Shown one piece after another: positions 52,994 to 60,094 of a stretch of 64,000 nt of DNA. The notes under the pieces are model-generated. The model ran no database searches, had not been told where the DNA came from, and was given only the letters and a program-made list of their open reading frames with translations. A program made the translations under genes and the position numbers. Position 1 is the first letter of the stretch. Every line of letters starts with the position of its first letter. This DNA is from Candidatus Bipolaricaulota bacterium. Its GTDB lineage: Bacteria; Bipolaricaulota; Bipolaricaulia; M55B111. Location: NCBI GenBank assembly GCA_018400715.1, contig JAGYME010000003.1:8996-72995 (forward strand), given 5' to 3'.

Positions 52994-54001
52994 ATGTATA
53001 GTCGCAAGGTTCAAATCACTGGTGGGTCCACATTCATGGTTACTCTCCCGAAGAAATGGGCAGAGGGCATCGGACTCGAGCCGGGGACAGAGGTCCAAAT
53101 GGTGAGCATAAAACCCAATACCATGGTCATGCAGCCAAAAACCGGGCTGGGGAAAGAGGAGAAAATTGGCAAGCTCGAGTTGAATGAAAAGGACGGCGCC
53201 CCGTTAATCAGGAGCATAATCTCTTTGTACATTGCTGGATACGAGGTTATCAGAATTACCGGCGAGCAGATAACCTCGAGCCAGAGGAGTACGATAAGGA
53301 ACACCATCCAATCTTTGATTGGCCCGGAAATCGTCGAGGAATCATCGGACCTCATAATTATTCGAAACCTTTCCGACCTTTCCGAGTTATCGATAAATGA
53401 GACTCTATCACGTATATATCAGATTTCCAGGTCCATGTTCTTTGACACGGTCAAAGCGTTGATAAAACACGATTCTGAACTTGCCAAGGACGTGGAGGAC
53501 AGGGATGACGACGTGGACCGTCTATTTCTCGCCCTCGCCCGCAGGTTCCGGGTAATGCTTTACACTATCGTGGAGAGAAGCGGCAAGGAGGTCAACCGTG
53601 CCCGATACTTCGACTACCAGACTGCGGCGAAGCAGTTGGAAAGGATCGCCGATCACGCCAGCAAGATCGCCAAGATATCCCCGTCCCTCGAGGAAAAAAT
53701 TCCCGAACCCATAGCCACAGAGATACGCCAGACCGCGGAAAGAGCGCTAAATATAGTTGATAAGGCTGTTGAAGCGCTTATTGAACGGAATATCGAGACC
53801 GCCAATAAGGCGTTAAGCGAGGGTGAAGACATCGAAAGTAACCTCCTCAGCCTGGATAAGTCTATCAGGGGACTGGACCCGCAGACGGCTCAGCTCCTTG
53901 GCATCGTCTCGGATAGCATAGATAGAGTAAAGGAATACGGCAACAATATAGCCGAGACCGCCCTGAACTCTTCGTGCTCTCTGCCCGGCGAGGTTACCTA
54001 A
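52994..54001 (+). CDS. AbrB/SpoVT-domain plus PhoU-domain regulator (archaeal-type phosphate uptake regulator-like)
   Basis: ORF 52820..54001. The preferred ATG at 52994 follows AAGAGGA. N-terminus is RKVQITGGSTFMVTLPKKWAEGIGLEPGTEV, and the C-terminus has two PhoU-like helical repeats (DDVDRLF, ERIADHA). Confidence 0.8.
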   Translation: MYSRKVQITGGSTFMVTLPKKWAEGIGLEPGTEVQMVSIKPNTMVMQPKTGLGKEEKIGKLELNEKDGAPLIRSIISLYIAGYEVIRITGEQITSSQRSTIRNTIQSLIGPEIVEESSDLIIIRNLSDLSELSINETLSRIYQISRSMFFDTVKALIKHDSELAKDVEDRDDDVDRLFLALARRFRVMLYTIVERSGKEVNRARYFDYQTAAKQLERIADHASKIAKISPSLEEKIPEPIATEIRQTAERALNIVDKAVEALIERNIETANKALSEGEDIESNLLSLDKSIRGLDPQTAQLLGIVSDSIDRVKEYGNNIAETALNSSCSLPGEVT

Positions 54002-54110
54002 GTTAGGGATATCTTCGACTGTCTCCGTCGGCTGGCGTTGAAAGCTCGTTCGTCCATCACTTAGTTTATTATTGTCTATTATTAACTCAATAACCCACAG
54101 GAGGGTTAAC

Positions 54111-54404
54111 ATGGAAGAGAACGAAGAAGAACGAGAAGAACGAGAAGAAGAGAACCAGGAGAACGAAGATAGAGACCTTAACGAAGAACTGAGAAAGAGT
54201 CTCGGAGACGATCTTGGCCGTTCCTCATCAGGTGGAGCCGGAGGTATGGGTGCTATGGGAGGACTGGGGCAGATCATGAGTCAGATGGGAGGAATGGGCG
54301 GTGGTCGCGGAGCCGATCCCCAGGTAATGCAGTCGCTGGAGGAGTTAAAGCAAAAGGTCGATAGCTTAGAAGAGAAAATAGATGACCTGAGCGAGAAGCT
54401 CTAA
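54111..54404 (+). CDS. Small highly acidic protein with a Gly/Met-rich centre and C-terminal coiled coil, hypothetical
   Basis: AGGAGG sits 6 nt upstream of the ATG at 54111. Sequence is MEENEEEREEREEENQENEDRD...GGAGGMGAMGGLGQIMSQMGGMGGG...LEELKQKVDSLEEKIDDLSEKL. Compositional bias makes coding status less certain. Confidence 0.5.
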   Translation: MEENEEEREEREEENQENEDRDLNEELRKSLGDDLGRSSSGGAGGMGAMGGLGQIMSQMGGMGGGRGADPQVMQSLEELKQKVDSLEEKIDDLSEKL

Positions 54405-54415
54405 AGGAAGAACTT

Positions 54416-54491
54416 TGGTGGAGATGAGCGGACTCGAACCGCCGACCTCCGCGTTGCGAACGCGGCGCTCTCCCAACTGAGCTACATCCCC
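54416..54491 (-). tRNA. tRNA-Ala (anticodon CGC), encoded CCA
   Basis: The reverse complement is GGGGATGTAGCTCAGTTGGGAGAGCGCCGCGTTCGCAACGCGGAGGTCGGCGGTTCGAGTCCGCTCATCTCCACCA. It has the G3:U70 alanine identity pair and anticodon loop TTCGCAA. Confidence 0.95.
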
Positions 54492-54506
54492 AATCTGAGT
54501 GATGTA

Positions 54507-54535
54507 ATTATAGATGAGGATATGGTAACTCTCAA
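54507..54535 (-). promoter_or_regulatory. Sigma70-type promoter for tRNA-Ala
   Basis: On the minus strand: TTGAGA (rc of 54530-54535), 17 nt, TATAAT (rc of 54507-54512). The -10 ends 15 nt before the mature tRNA 5' end. Confidence 0.5.
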
Positions 54536-54596
54536 CAACTCAGGGCCTCGTAGTTGGTTGGATCATCGGTGGAGTTTTTTGCCCCCCGTAATTCCG

Positions 54597-54625
54597 TTGA
54601 TAATAGTGGACTATATTTGTATACT
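54597..54625 (+). promoter_or_regulatory. Possible sigma70-type promoter upstream of nifS
   Basis: TTGATA (54597-54602), 17 nt, TATACT (54620-54625). This implies a very short leader before the ATG at 54643. Confidence 0.35.
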
Positions 54626-54642
54626 TTTTTCCGGTGGTAAAT

Positions 54643-55797
54643 ATGGACGAATCTGTATATTTGGATAACGCGGCGACTACGAGGGTGGCACGGGAAGTTG
54701 AGGAAGAGGTAAGGAGGTACTTCAGGGAGAACTTCGGCAACCCTTCCAGCCTTTATTCCCTGGCAAACGAAGCTAAGAAGGAAGGGCTCGACCACAGCAG
54801 GGATGTTCTCTCGGACCTGCTCGGGGTCGACTCGGATGAGATCATCTTTACCTCGGGTGCGACCGAATCGGATAACCTGGCCATTAAAGGTGTCGCTTTC
54901 GCGGGCGGCGAAGAGAAGGCACATTTCATTACCACGGAGATCGAGCATCACGCGGTTCTCCACTCTTTTGAGTGGTTAGAAGAGAGAGGACACGAAGTCA
55001 CTTACCTGCCCGTAGACGAAAATGGGTTAGTTAGCCCGGACGACTTGGAAGACGCCATCAGGGAAGACACGAAGCTCATCTCCATAATGTATGCCAACAA
55101 CGAGATAGGGACGATAGAGCCGATCGGTGAACTCGCCAGGGTGGCTAAGGAAAATGGATGTCTGTTTCATACCGACGCCGTACAGGCGTTTAGCAAGTTT
55201 CCTCTCGACCTTGAGGACGTAGACCTTCTTTCTGCCTCCGGACATAAGATTTATGGCCCGAAGGGAGTTGGGTTTCTCTACCGGAGGAAGGGAGTAAGGA
55301 TAGAACCGTTGATTCACGGTGGAGGTCACGAAGGCGGGAAGAGAAGTGGTACGGAGAACGTCCCCGGGATCGTCGGTCTGGCAAAGGCTGCCGAGTTGAA
55401 CTACGAGGAGATGCCGGACGAAGCCGAGCGTCAAAGGGGTCTGCGCGACCGGATAATCTCCGACGTTTTGGGGATACCCAAGACCGTATTAAACGGCGAC
55501 CGGGAACGGAGACTGTCGAACAACGCCAACTTTAGTTTTAACTACGTGGAAGGGGAATCAATTGTCATGAAGTTAAACAACTACGGCATCGCTACCAGTA
55601 CGGGATCCGCCTGTTCCTCGCCGAGCCTTGAGCCCAGCCACGTTCTTTTGGCGATTGGCGTACCAATTACTTTAGCGCATGGGAGTCTGAGGGTCACTCT
55701 TGGCAGAGAGACCACGGAGGAAGACGTGGATTACTTTCTCGAGGTACTTCCCGGGGTCATCGAGGAATTGCGGCGCGCGTCTCCATTTACCCCGTGA
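54643..55797 (+). CDS. nifS: Cysteine desulfurase (NifS/IscS type, class V aminotransferase)
   Basis: VYLDNAATT, the SGHKIYGPKGVG PLP-lysine motif, and the SSGSACSS active-site Cys loop. The ORF-track GTG is at 54634. Confidence 0.9.
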   Translation: MDESVYLDNAATTRVAREVEEEVRRYFRENFGNPSSLYSLANEAKKEGLDHSRDVLSDLLGVDSDEIIFTSGATESDNLAIKGVAFAGGEEKAHFITTEIEHHAVLHSFEWLEERGHEVTYLPVDENGLVSPDDLEDAIREDTKLISIMYANNEIGTIEPIGELARVAKENGCLFHTDAVQAFSKFPLDLEDVDLLSASGHKIYGPKGVGFLYRRKGVRIEPLIHGGGHEGGKRSGTENVPGIVGLAKAAELNYEEMPDEAERQRGLRDRIISDVLGIPKTVLNGDRERRLSNNANFSFNYVEGESIVMKLNNYGIATSTGSACSSPSLEPSHVLLAIGVPITLAHGSLRVTLGRETTEEDVDYFLEVLPGVIEELRRASPFTP

Positions 55798-55851
55798 ACT
55801 ACTCGGCCACAGTCCGAGAATTCAAATGGATTATCAATCGAGGTGAGGCAA

Positions 55852-56352
55852 ATGTATAGTGAGAAGGTAATGGAACATTTCAACGACCCACATAACCAGA
55901 GGAAGATGGAGGACGCGGACGGTATCGGAAAGGTCGGGAATCCGGCTTGCGGTGACGTTATGTGGTTGTACATAAAGGTTAGCGACCGCGGAGATGAAAA
56001 GGTAATCGAGGACATCTCGTGGGAGACCTTCGGTTGCACCGCGGCCATAGCTACTTCATCGATGGTTACCGACATTGCCAAGGGAAAGACCCTGGAGGAA
56101 GCGGTTGAGGTCTCCAACAGGAAGGTGGCCGATGAGCTCGATGGACTCCCTCCTGTAAAGATGCACTGTTCCAACCTGGCAGCGGATGGCCTGATAGAAG
56201 CCCTGTACGATTACTATACGAAGGTTGGATTGGATCCCCCCGAATCGCTCGAACAGAAGCACGATAAGATAGAGGAGGAGATGAACCGGCTCGAGGAGAA
56301 ATATGGCGACTACCTGAGCATGGAGGAGGAGCTGCATAACGCCCCCGGTTAG
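55852..56352 (+). CDS. nifU: Fe-S cluster scaffold protein (IscU/NifU N-domain type) with an acidic C-terminal extension
   Basis: GNPACGDVM, FGCTAAIATSS, KMHCSNLA (the three ligand cysteines). Confidence 0.9.
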   Translation: MYSEKVMEHFNDPHNQRKMEDADGIGKVGNPACGDVMWLYIKVSDRGDEKVIEDISWETFGCTAAIATSSMVTDIAKGKTLEEAVEVSNRKVADELDGLPPVKMHCSNLAADGLIEALYDYYTKVGLDPPESLEQKHDKIEEEMNRLEEKYGDYLSMEEELHNAPG

Positions 56353-56398
56353 GATGCGGATAGGTGTTACTTAGAAGTATTAAATAAATGGGAGGATT

Positions 56399-57223
56399 AT
56401 GGATTTAGTTTTCTCTGAAGAAGCGCTGCAGTATCGTTCCGCCGGACACCCGGAAAGCCCCGAGAGAGTTAAGGTTGCCTATCAATACCTCCAGGATAAG
56501 TACGAGACGCACCTCCCCGAGGAAGCATCTTACGACGACTTGCTAACGGTACACGAAAAGAGTTTTGTAGAAAAGGTAAAGAACAAGACTTTTGCCGACC
56601 CGGACTGTCCAAAGTACGATGACCTGTTTCACCACGTCCTGCTATCTGCCGGCGGGGGGATAACTGCTCAGAAGACGCAGAACCTTTCACTGATGCGTCC
56701 ACCCGGCCATCACGCGGGAAAGAACTTTCTCGGAGGGTTCTGTTATTTTAACAACCTGGCGATTGCGGTAAAGAAGTCCGGGTTGAAGACGTTGATAGTT
56801 GACTTCGATGCCCATCACGGGAACGGCACCCAGGATATTTTTCTCGGGGACGATCAGGTCGTATACGTTTCTCTGCACAGATCACCCGCCTTTCCGGGGA
56901 CGGGCGGCGAGTCAATTGAAAACGCAATTAACTTTCCAACATCCCCATCAACTGGTGACTCCAAGTATATGGAGCTATTAACGGAGGCGCTGGAGCAGGT
57001 CGACGTTTCCTGCTTTGACCAGTTAGCCCTCTCCGCCGGGTTTGACGGCCACAAGAACGATCCCCTGGCATCGGTGGGGTTATCTACCGGGGTGTATGAG
57101 AAAATTGGGGGTCTGCTCGCCAGCATCAACCTGCCCACGTTTGGAGTGCTTGAGGGCGGCTACATTGGAGAGGACCTTGGAAGGAACATCGACTCCTTCC
57201 TCGGGGGATTCAACGAAAGCTAA
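56399..57223 (+). CDS. Histone deacetylase/acetoin-utilisation (arginase-deacetylase fold) family protein, short form
   Basis: RPPGHHA, DFDAHHGNGTQ, SAGFDGH, EGGY. Confidence 0.85.
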   Translation: MDLVFSEEALQYRSAGHPESPERVKVAYQYLQDKYETHLPEEASYDDLLTVHEKSFVEKVKNKTFADPDCPKYDDLFHHVLLSAGGGITAQKTQNLSLMRPPGHHAGKNFLGGFCYFNNLAIAVKKSGLKTLIVDFDAHHGNGTQDIFLGDDQVVYVSLHRSPAFPGTGGESIENAINFPTSPSTGDSKYMELLTEALEQVDVSCFDQLALSAGFDGHKNDPLASVGLSTGVYEKIGGLLASINLPTFGVLEGGYIGEDLGRNIDSFLGGFNES

Positions 57224-57237
57224 GCGGACAGTTAACC

Positions 57238-58095
57238 ATGAAACTACTTTCCTACTCCAAAGCGCTCTATTCTAGCTGGCTCTATTATAGCCCCGACAGG
57301 GTCCTGTTTGATGCCGGTGAGAGCGTAAGCAGCATTATGGGCAACAAATCGTTTGCGGTAGAAAAGGTCTTCCTCTCTCACGGGCATACGGACCATATCG
57401 CTGGGTTGGTCAGTTTGATCAACATTCGTAATAACGCCATGGGAGATAAGCGTAAGCCGCTAACGATATACTACCCCAGAAATAACTTTCACGTGTCGGA
57501 ATTGATGAACTACCTATACAAGACCAATAGCAACATCAATTACAGTCTCGACTGGATTCCGCTGCAGGACGGTGACGAAGTGCATCTGTTCGGTGAGAAG
57601 GGGTCGCGGTCGGCCCGTTCCATAGTAGCCTTCGCTACAGAGCACTCCAGGAGGGAGATATCCCTCGGTTACAACGTCGTTGAACGGCGTGAGAGGTTAA
57701 AGCCGGAGTTCAGGGATAAGTCCCAGGAGGAAATACGGGAGATCGCCGAGTCTCGGGGTAGAGGAGAGATTACGGAGCCTTACTGGCAAAACCTGTTCAC
57801 CTACGGGGGAGATTCGGTCCCCCTTAACCCCGAGGCGGTCAGCGGGACCGAAGTTCTCTGCCACGACACGACCTTTCTCAAGGAAAAGGACCGCAAACAG
57901 TACAAGCACGCTACAATCCGGGAAGCAATCCGCGTCGGAAAGGAGGCCGGGGTCAAGAAGAAGATGATATGTATGCACGTTTCCACGAGGTACAAGGATA
58001 ACTACAGGGAGATCGCGGAGAAGGTAATCTCTGAGGAGGACCCCCCGTTTGACGTTGAGGTAATACCCCCGGGCAAGATATTCCGCGAGTATTGA
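57238..58095 (+). CDS. MBL-fold metallo-hydrolase (RNase Z/BN-like)
   Basis: HxHxDH motif (LSHGHTDHIAG) and downstream His/Asp ligands (ATEHS, CHDTTF, CMHVS). Confidence 0.75.
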   Translation: MKLLSYSKALYSSWLYYSPDRVLFDAGESVSSIMGNKSFAVEKVFLSHGHTDHIAGLVSLINIRNNAMGDKRKPLTIYYPRNNFHVSELMNYLYKTNSNINYSLDWIPLQDGDEVHLFGEKGSRSARSIVAFATEHSRREISLGYNVVERRERLKPEFRDKSQEEIREIAESRGRGEITEPYWQNLFTYGGDSVPLNPEAVSGTEVLCHDTTFLKEKDRKQYKHATIREAIRVGKEAGVKKKMICMHVSTRYKDNYREIAEKVISEEDPPFDVEVIPPGKIFREY

Positions 58096-58096
58096 C

Positions 58097-58126
58097 CGAG
58101 AAAAGATCCGGGCCTTTACGGGCCCG
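58097..58126 (-). terminator. Possible intrinsic terminator after the hemolysin III gene
   Basis: A 6-bp all-GC stem, CGGGCC (58109-58114) paired with GGCCCG (58121-58126), followed on the minus strand by GATCTTTTCTC. Confidence 0.35.
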
Positions 58127-58135
58127 ATGGAGGGG

Positions 58136-58810
58136 TCATCCCTTCGGCAGTACGTAGAAGTAAATCACTATGAAATGACTTGCACTTCCTCCCATCACGA
58201 AAAGATGCCAGATCATGTGGTTGTAGGGGAGGCTGTGCCATCCGAGGAAGATCAAACCGAGTAAATATATCCCACCGCCGATGAGTATCCAGAGAAATCC
58301 GGCCAGGGGCAGGTTAACGTACAGGCTCTTCATTATGAAGACGGAGAGAAACCCCATGATTACGTACGTGCTGGCGCCAAATTTTGGAAACCTGTTGATA
58401 AACAGGCTCTTGAAAATAATGCCGATGAAGGCAAAACTCCAGACGAGTGAGAACATCAACCATCCCAACGCTGACCTGAGTGTGATCAACAGAAGAGGGG
58501 TAAACGTCCCGGCTACTAGCAGATATATGGCGCCATGGTCGAGAAGCTGCATTACCCGTTTTATCCTCTCGGAGAGGAATGCGTGGTAAAACGTGGAAGC
58601 CAGGTGGGCAAGAAACAACGTCCCCCCAAAAATCGATACGCTCGCCACGCTCCAGGAGTCCTCGAGAGGCAGTGCCCGGACGATTAAGAATACGAACCCG
58701 ATCGCGCTCAGGAGTGCCCCCAGGCCGTGGGAGACGCTGTTTGCTATCTCCTCTCGTTTGGTGTAGTAGAGACGTGAATTGACGTCGTTAGTCGTGTTGC
58801 TGTCTTCCAT
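58136..58810 (-). CDS. Hemolysin III/PAQR family membrane protein
   Basis: 224 aa with 7 TM. EEIANSVSHGLG, YHAF, DHGAIYLLVAGTFTP, HMIWHLFV. Confidence 0.85.
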   Translation of the reverse strand: MEDSNTTNDVNSRLYYTKREEIANSVSHGLGALLSAIGFVFLIVRALPLEDSWSVASVSIFGGTLFLAHLASTFYHAFLSERIKRVMQLLDHGAIYLLVAGTFTPLLLITLRSALGWLMFSLVWSFAFIGIIFKSLFINRFPKFGASTYVIMGFLSVFIMKSLYVNLPLAGFLWILIGGGIYLLGLIFLGWHSLPYNHMIWHLFVMGGSASHFIVIYFYVLPKG

Positions 58811-58811
58811 G

Positions 58812-59771
58812 TCAGTCCAGCTTTTCCTCCAGCCTCTCGATCATGTCTTCGGTCATCTTCTCCAGTCCGTATCGTGGCTCCCAGCCCCAATCCTCCCTTG
58901 CCGGACTGTCGTCCATGGAATCCGGCCAGGAATCCGCGATCCTCTGGCGCTCGTCGGGGTTGAACTCAAAGGTAAAATCCGGAATTCGCTCCTTGATGGC
59001 CTCGGCGAGGTCCTTTGCTGAAAAACTGAGCGAGGAGATGTTGTAATCCGCGTGATAGTTTAAGTCTTCAAGGTCTGCCTCGGCCAGTTCAATAAGGGCG
59101 CGGGTGCAGTCGGGCATGTACATAAGGGGGAGCCTGGTGTCCTCTCTGACGAAAAAGCTATAATGCCCCTCCTCGATTGCTTTGTAGAATGCCTCTACCG
59201 CGTAATCCGTCGTTCCTCCTCCAGGCAGAGTCTTATAACTGATGACGCCCGGGAACCTTGCCCCCCTGACGTCCAGCCCGTATTTGTTAAAGTAATAGTT
59301 TCCCAGCAATTCGCCGGTTACCTTGGTTACGCCGTACATCGAAGTTGGTCTGAGTACGGTTTCGTTTGGTGCTTTTTTTCGTGGAACTTCCGGTCCGAAC
59401 ACGCCTATGGAGCTGGGAATCACGACCCTGTTTAGTTGGAACTTCCTCCCCACCTCCAGCACGTTAAACGTACCCATGACGTTGACCCTGAACGCTAACT
59501 GGGGATCAGTTTCTCCTTTGGCTGAGAGGATTGCAGCGAGGTGGAAGACAGAATCAACGCCGTATTCCTCAATAAGGTCACCTATCCTCTCTTCCTCGAG
59601 GACGTTAAGTCTTACGGTTGGCCCGTCCAGGAGGTCGCCAGTGGGCTCCGTGGTGTTGTAAGTGCCAATAACGGAGTCGTCCCCGTACTTTTCTCTCAGG
59701 CTGGATACGAGCTCCGAACCGATCTGGCCTGTAGCTCCTATAACGAGAATTCTGTTCATTTCTCCTGCCAT
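58812..59771 (-). CDS. NAD-dependent epimerase/dehydratase family protein, L-threonine 3-dehydrogenase-like (extended SDR)
   Basis: ORF 58812..59846 starts at a TTG. The preferred ATG at 59771 has GGAGG 7 nt upstream. VIGATGQIGSEL and YGVTK (the YxxxK motif). Confidence 0.75.
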   Translation of the reverse strand: MAGEMNRILVIGATGQIGSELVSSLREKYGDDSVIGTYNTTEPTGDLLDGPTVRLNVLEEERIGDLIEEYGVDSVFHLAAILSAKGETDPQLAFRVNVMGTFNVLEVGRKFQLNRVVIPSSIGVFGPEVPRKKAPNETVLRPTSMYGVTKVTGELLGNYYFNKYGLDVRGARFPGVISYKTLPGGGTTDYAVEAFYKAIEEGHYSFFVREDTRLPLMYMPDCTRALIELAEADLEDLNYHADYNISSLSFSAKDLAEAIKERIPDFTFEFNPDERQRIADSWPDSMDDSPAREDWGWEPRYGLEKMTEDMIERLEEKLD

Positions 59772-59814
59772 GTTTATGCCTCCAGTTGTTCGTGTTACTG
59801 ATTTTTTCGGGGCC

Positions 59815-59831
59815 CTCAGGAAATTCCTGAG
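59815..59831. promoter_or_regulatory. Perfect 8-1-8 palindrome CTCAGGAAaTTCCTGAG (candidate operator or 5'-UTR hairpin)
   Basis: Read directly from the sequence. It lies between the predicted -10 and the RBS of the TDH-like gene. Confidence 0.4.
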
Positions 59832-59856
59832 TTCCTCGTGGCTCAACTTAGATAAA

Positions 59857-59884
59857 TTATAGACGGTAAGCTCTATTTGACAAT
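59857..59884 (-). promoter_or_regulatory. Sigma70-type promoter for the TDH-like gene
   Basis: On the minus strand: TTGTCA (rc of 59879-59884), 16 nt, TATAAT (rc of 59857-59862). It lies about 85 nt upstream of the ATG at 59771. Confidence 0.5.
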
Positions 59885-60004
59885 AACTACCGCCTCTCGA
59901 ACAGACTTAAACGCCGGTTCCGGGCGGAGCTGGTAAAGTAACCACGGTTTTAGTGCGGATCGACGGTTGATTTAACCTTTGATTGCCTCATACTTAATAG
60001 ACAT

Positions 60005-60065
60005 GACTCGGGGGGCCGTGGAGCCAGGACCGAGAAAATCGCCCCCCGAGTCTTTGGTTTTGTTT
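60005..60065 (+). terminator. Intrinsic-terminator-like hairpin plus U-tract, 30 nt upstream of the MATE start (candidate attenuator)
   Basis: A 12-bp GC-rich stem, GACTCGGGGGGC (60005-60016) paired with GCCCCCCGAGTC (60041-60052), with a 24-nt loop, followed by TTTGGTTTTGTTTG. There is no plus-strand gene upstream for it to terminate. Confidence 0.5.
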
Positions 60066-60094
60066 GCCGGGAATCATCTTATTAGCGGATAACT

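Noticed and set aside
59905-60040. Possible guanidine-I (ykkC) riboswitch upstream of the MATE gene, based on GGTTCCGGGCGG and GGACCGAGAA strings.
   Set aside because: The strings only partly resemble the conserved ykkC blocks as I recall them. They occur in the wrong context (the second lies in the terminator loop), and the remaining conserved segments (ACGG...GGGA...CCCGGGAG) are absent. It is kept only as an unclassified leader.
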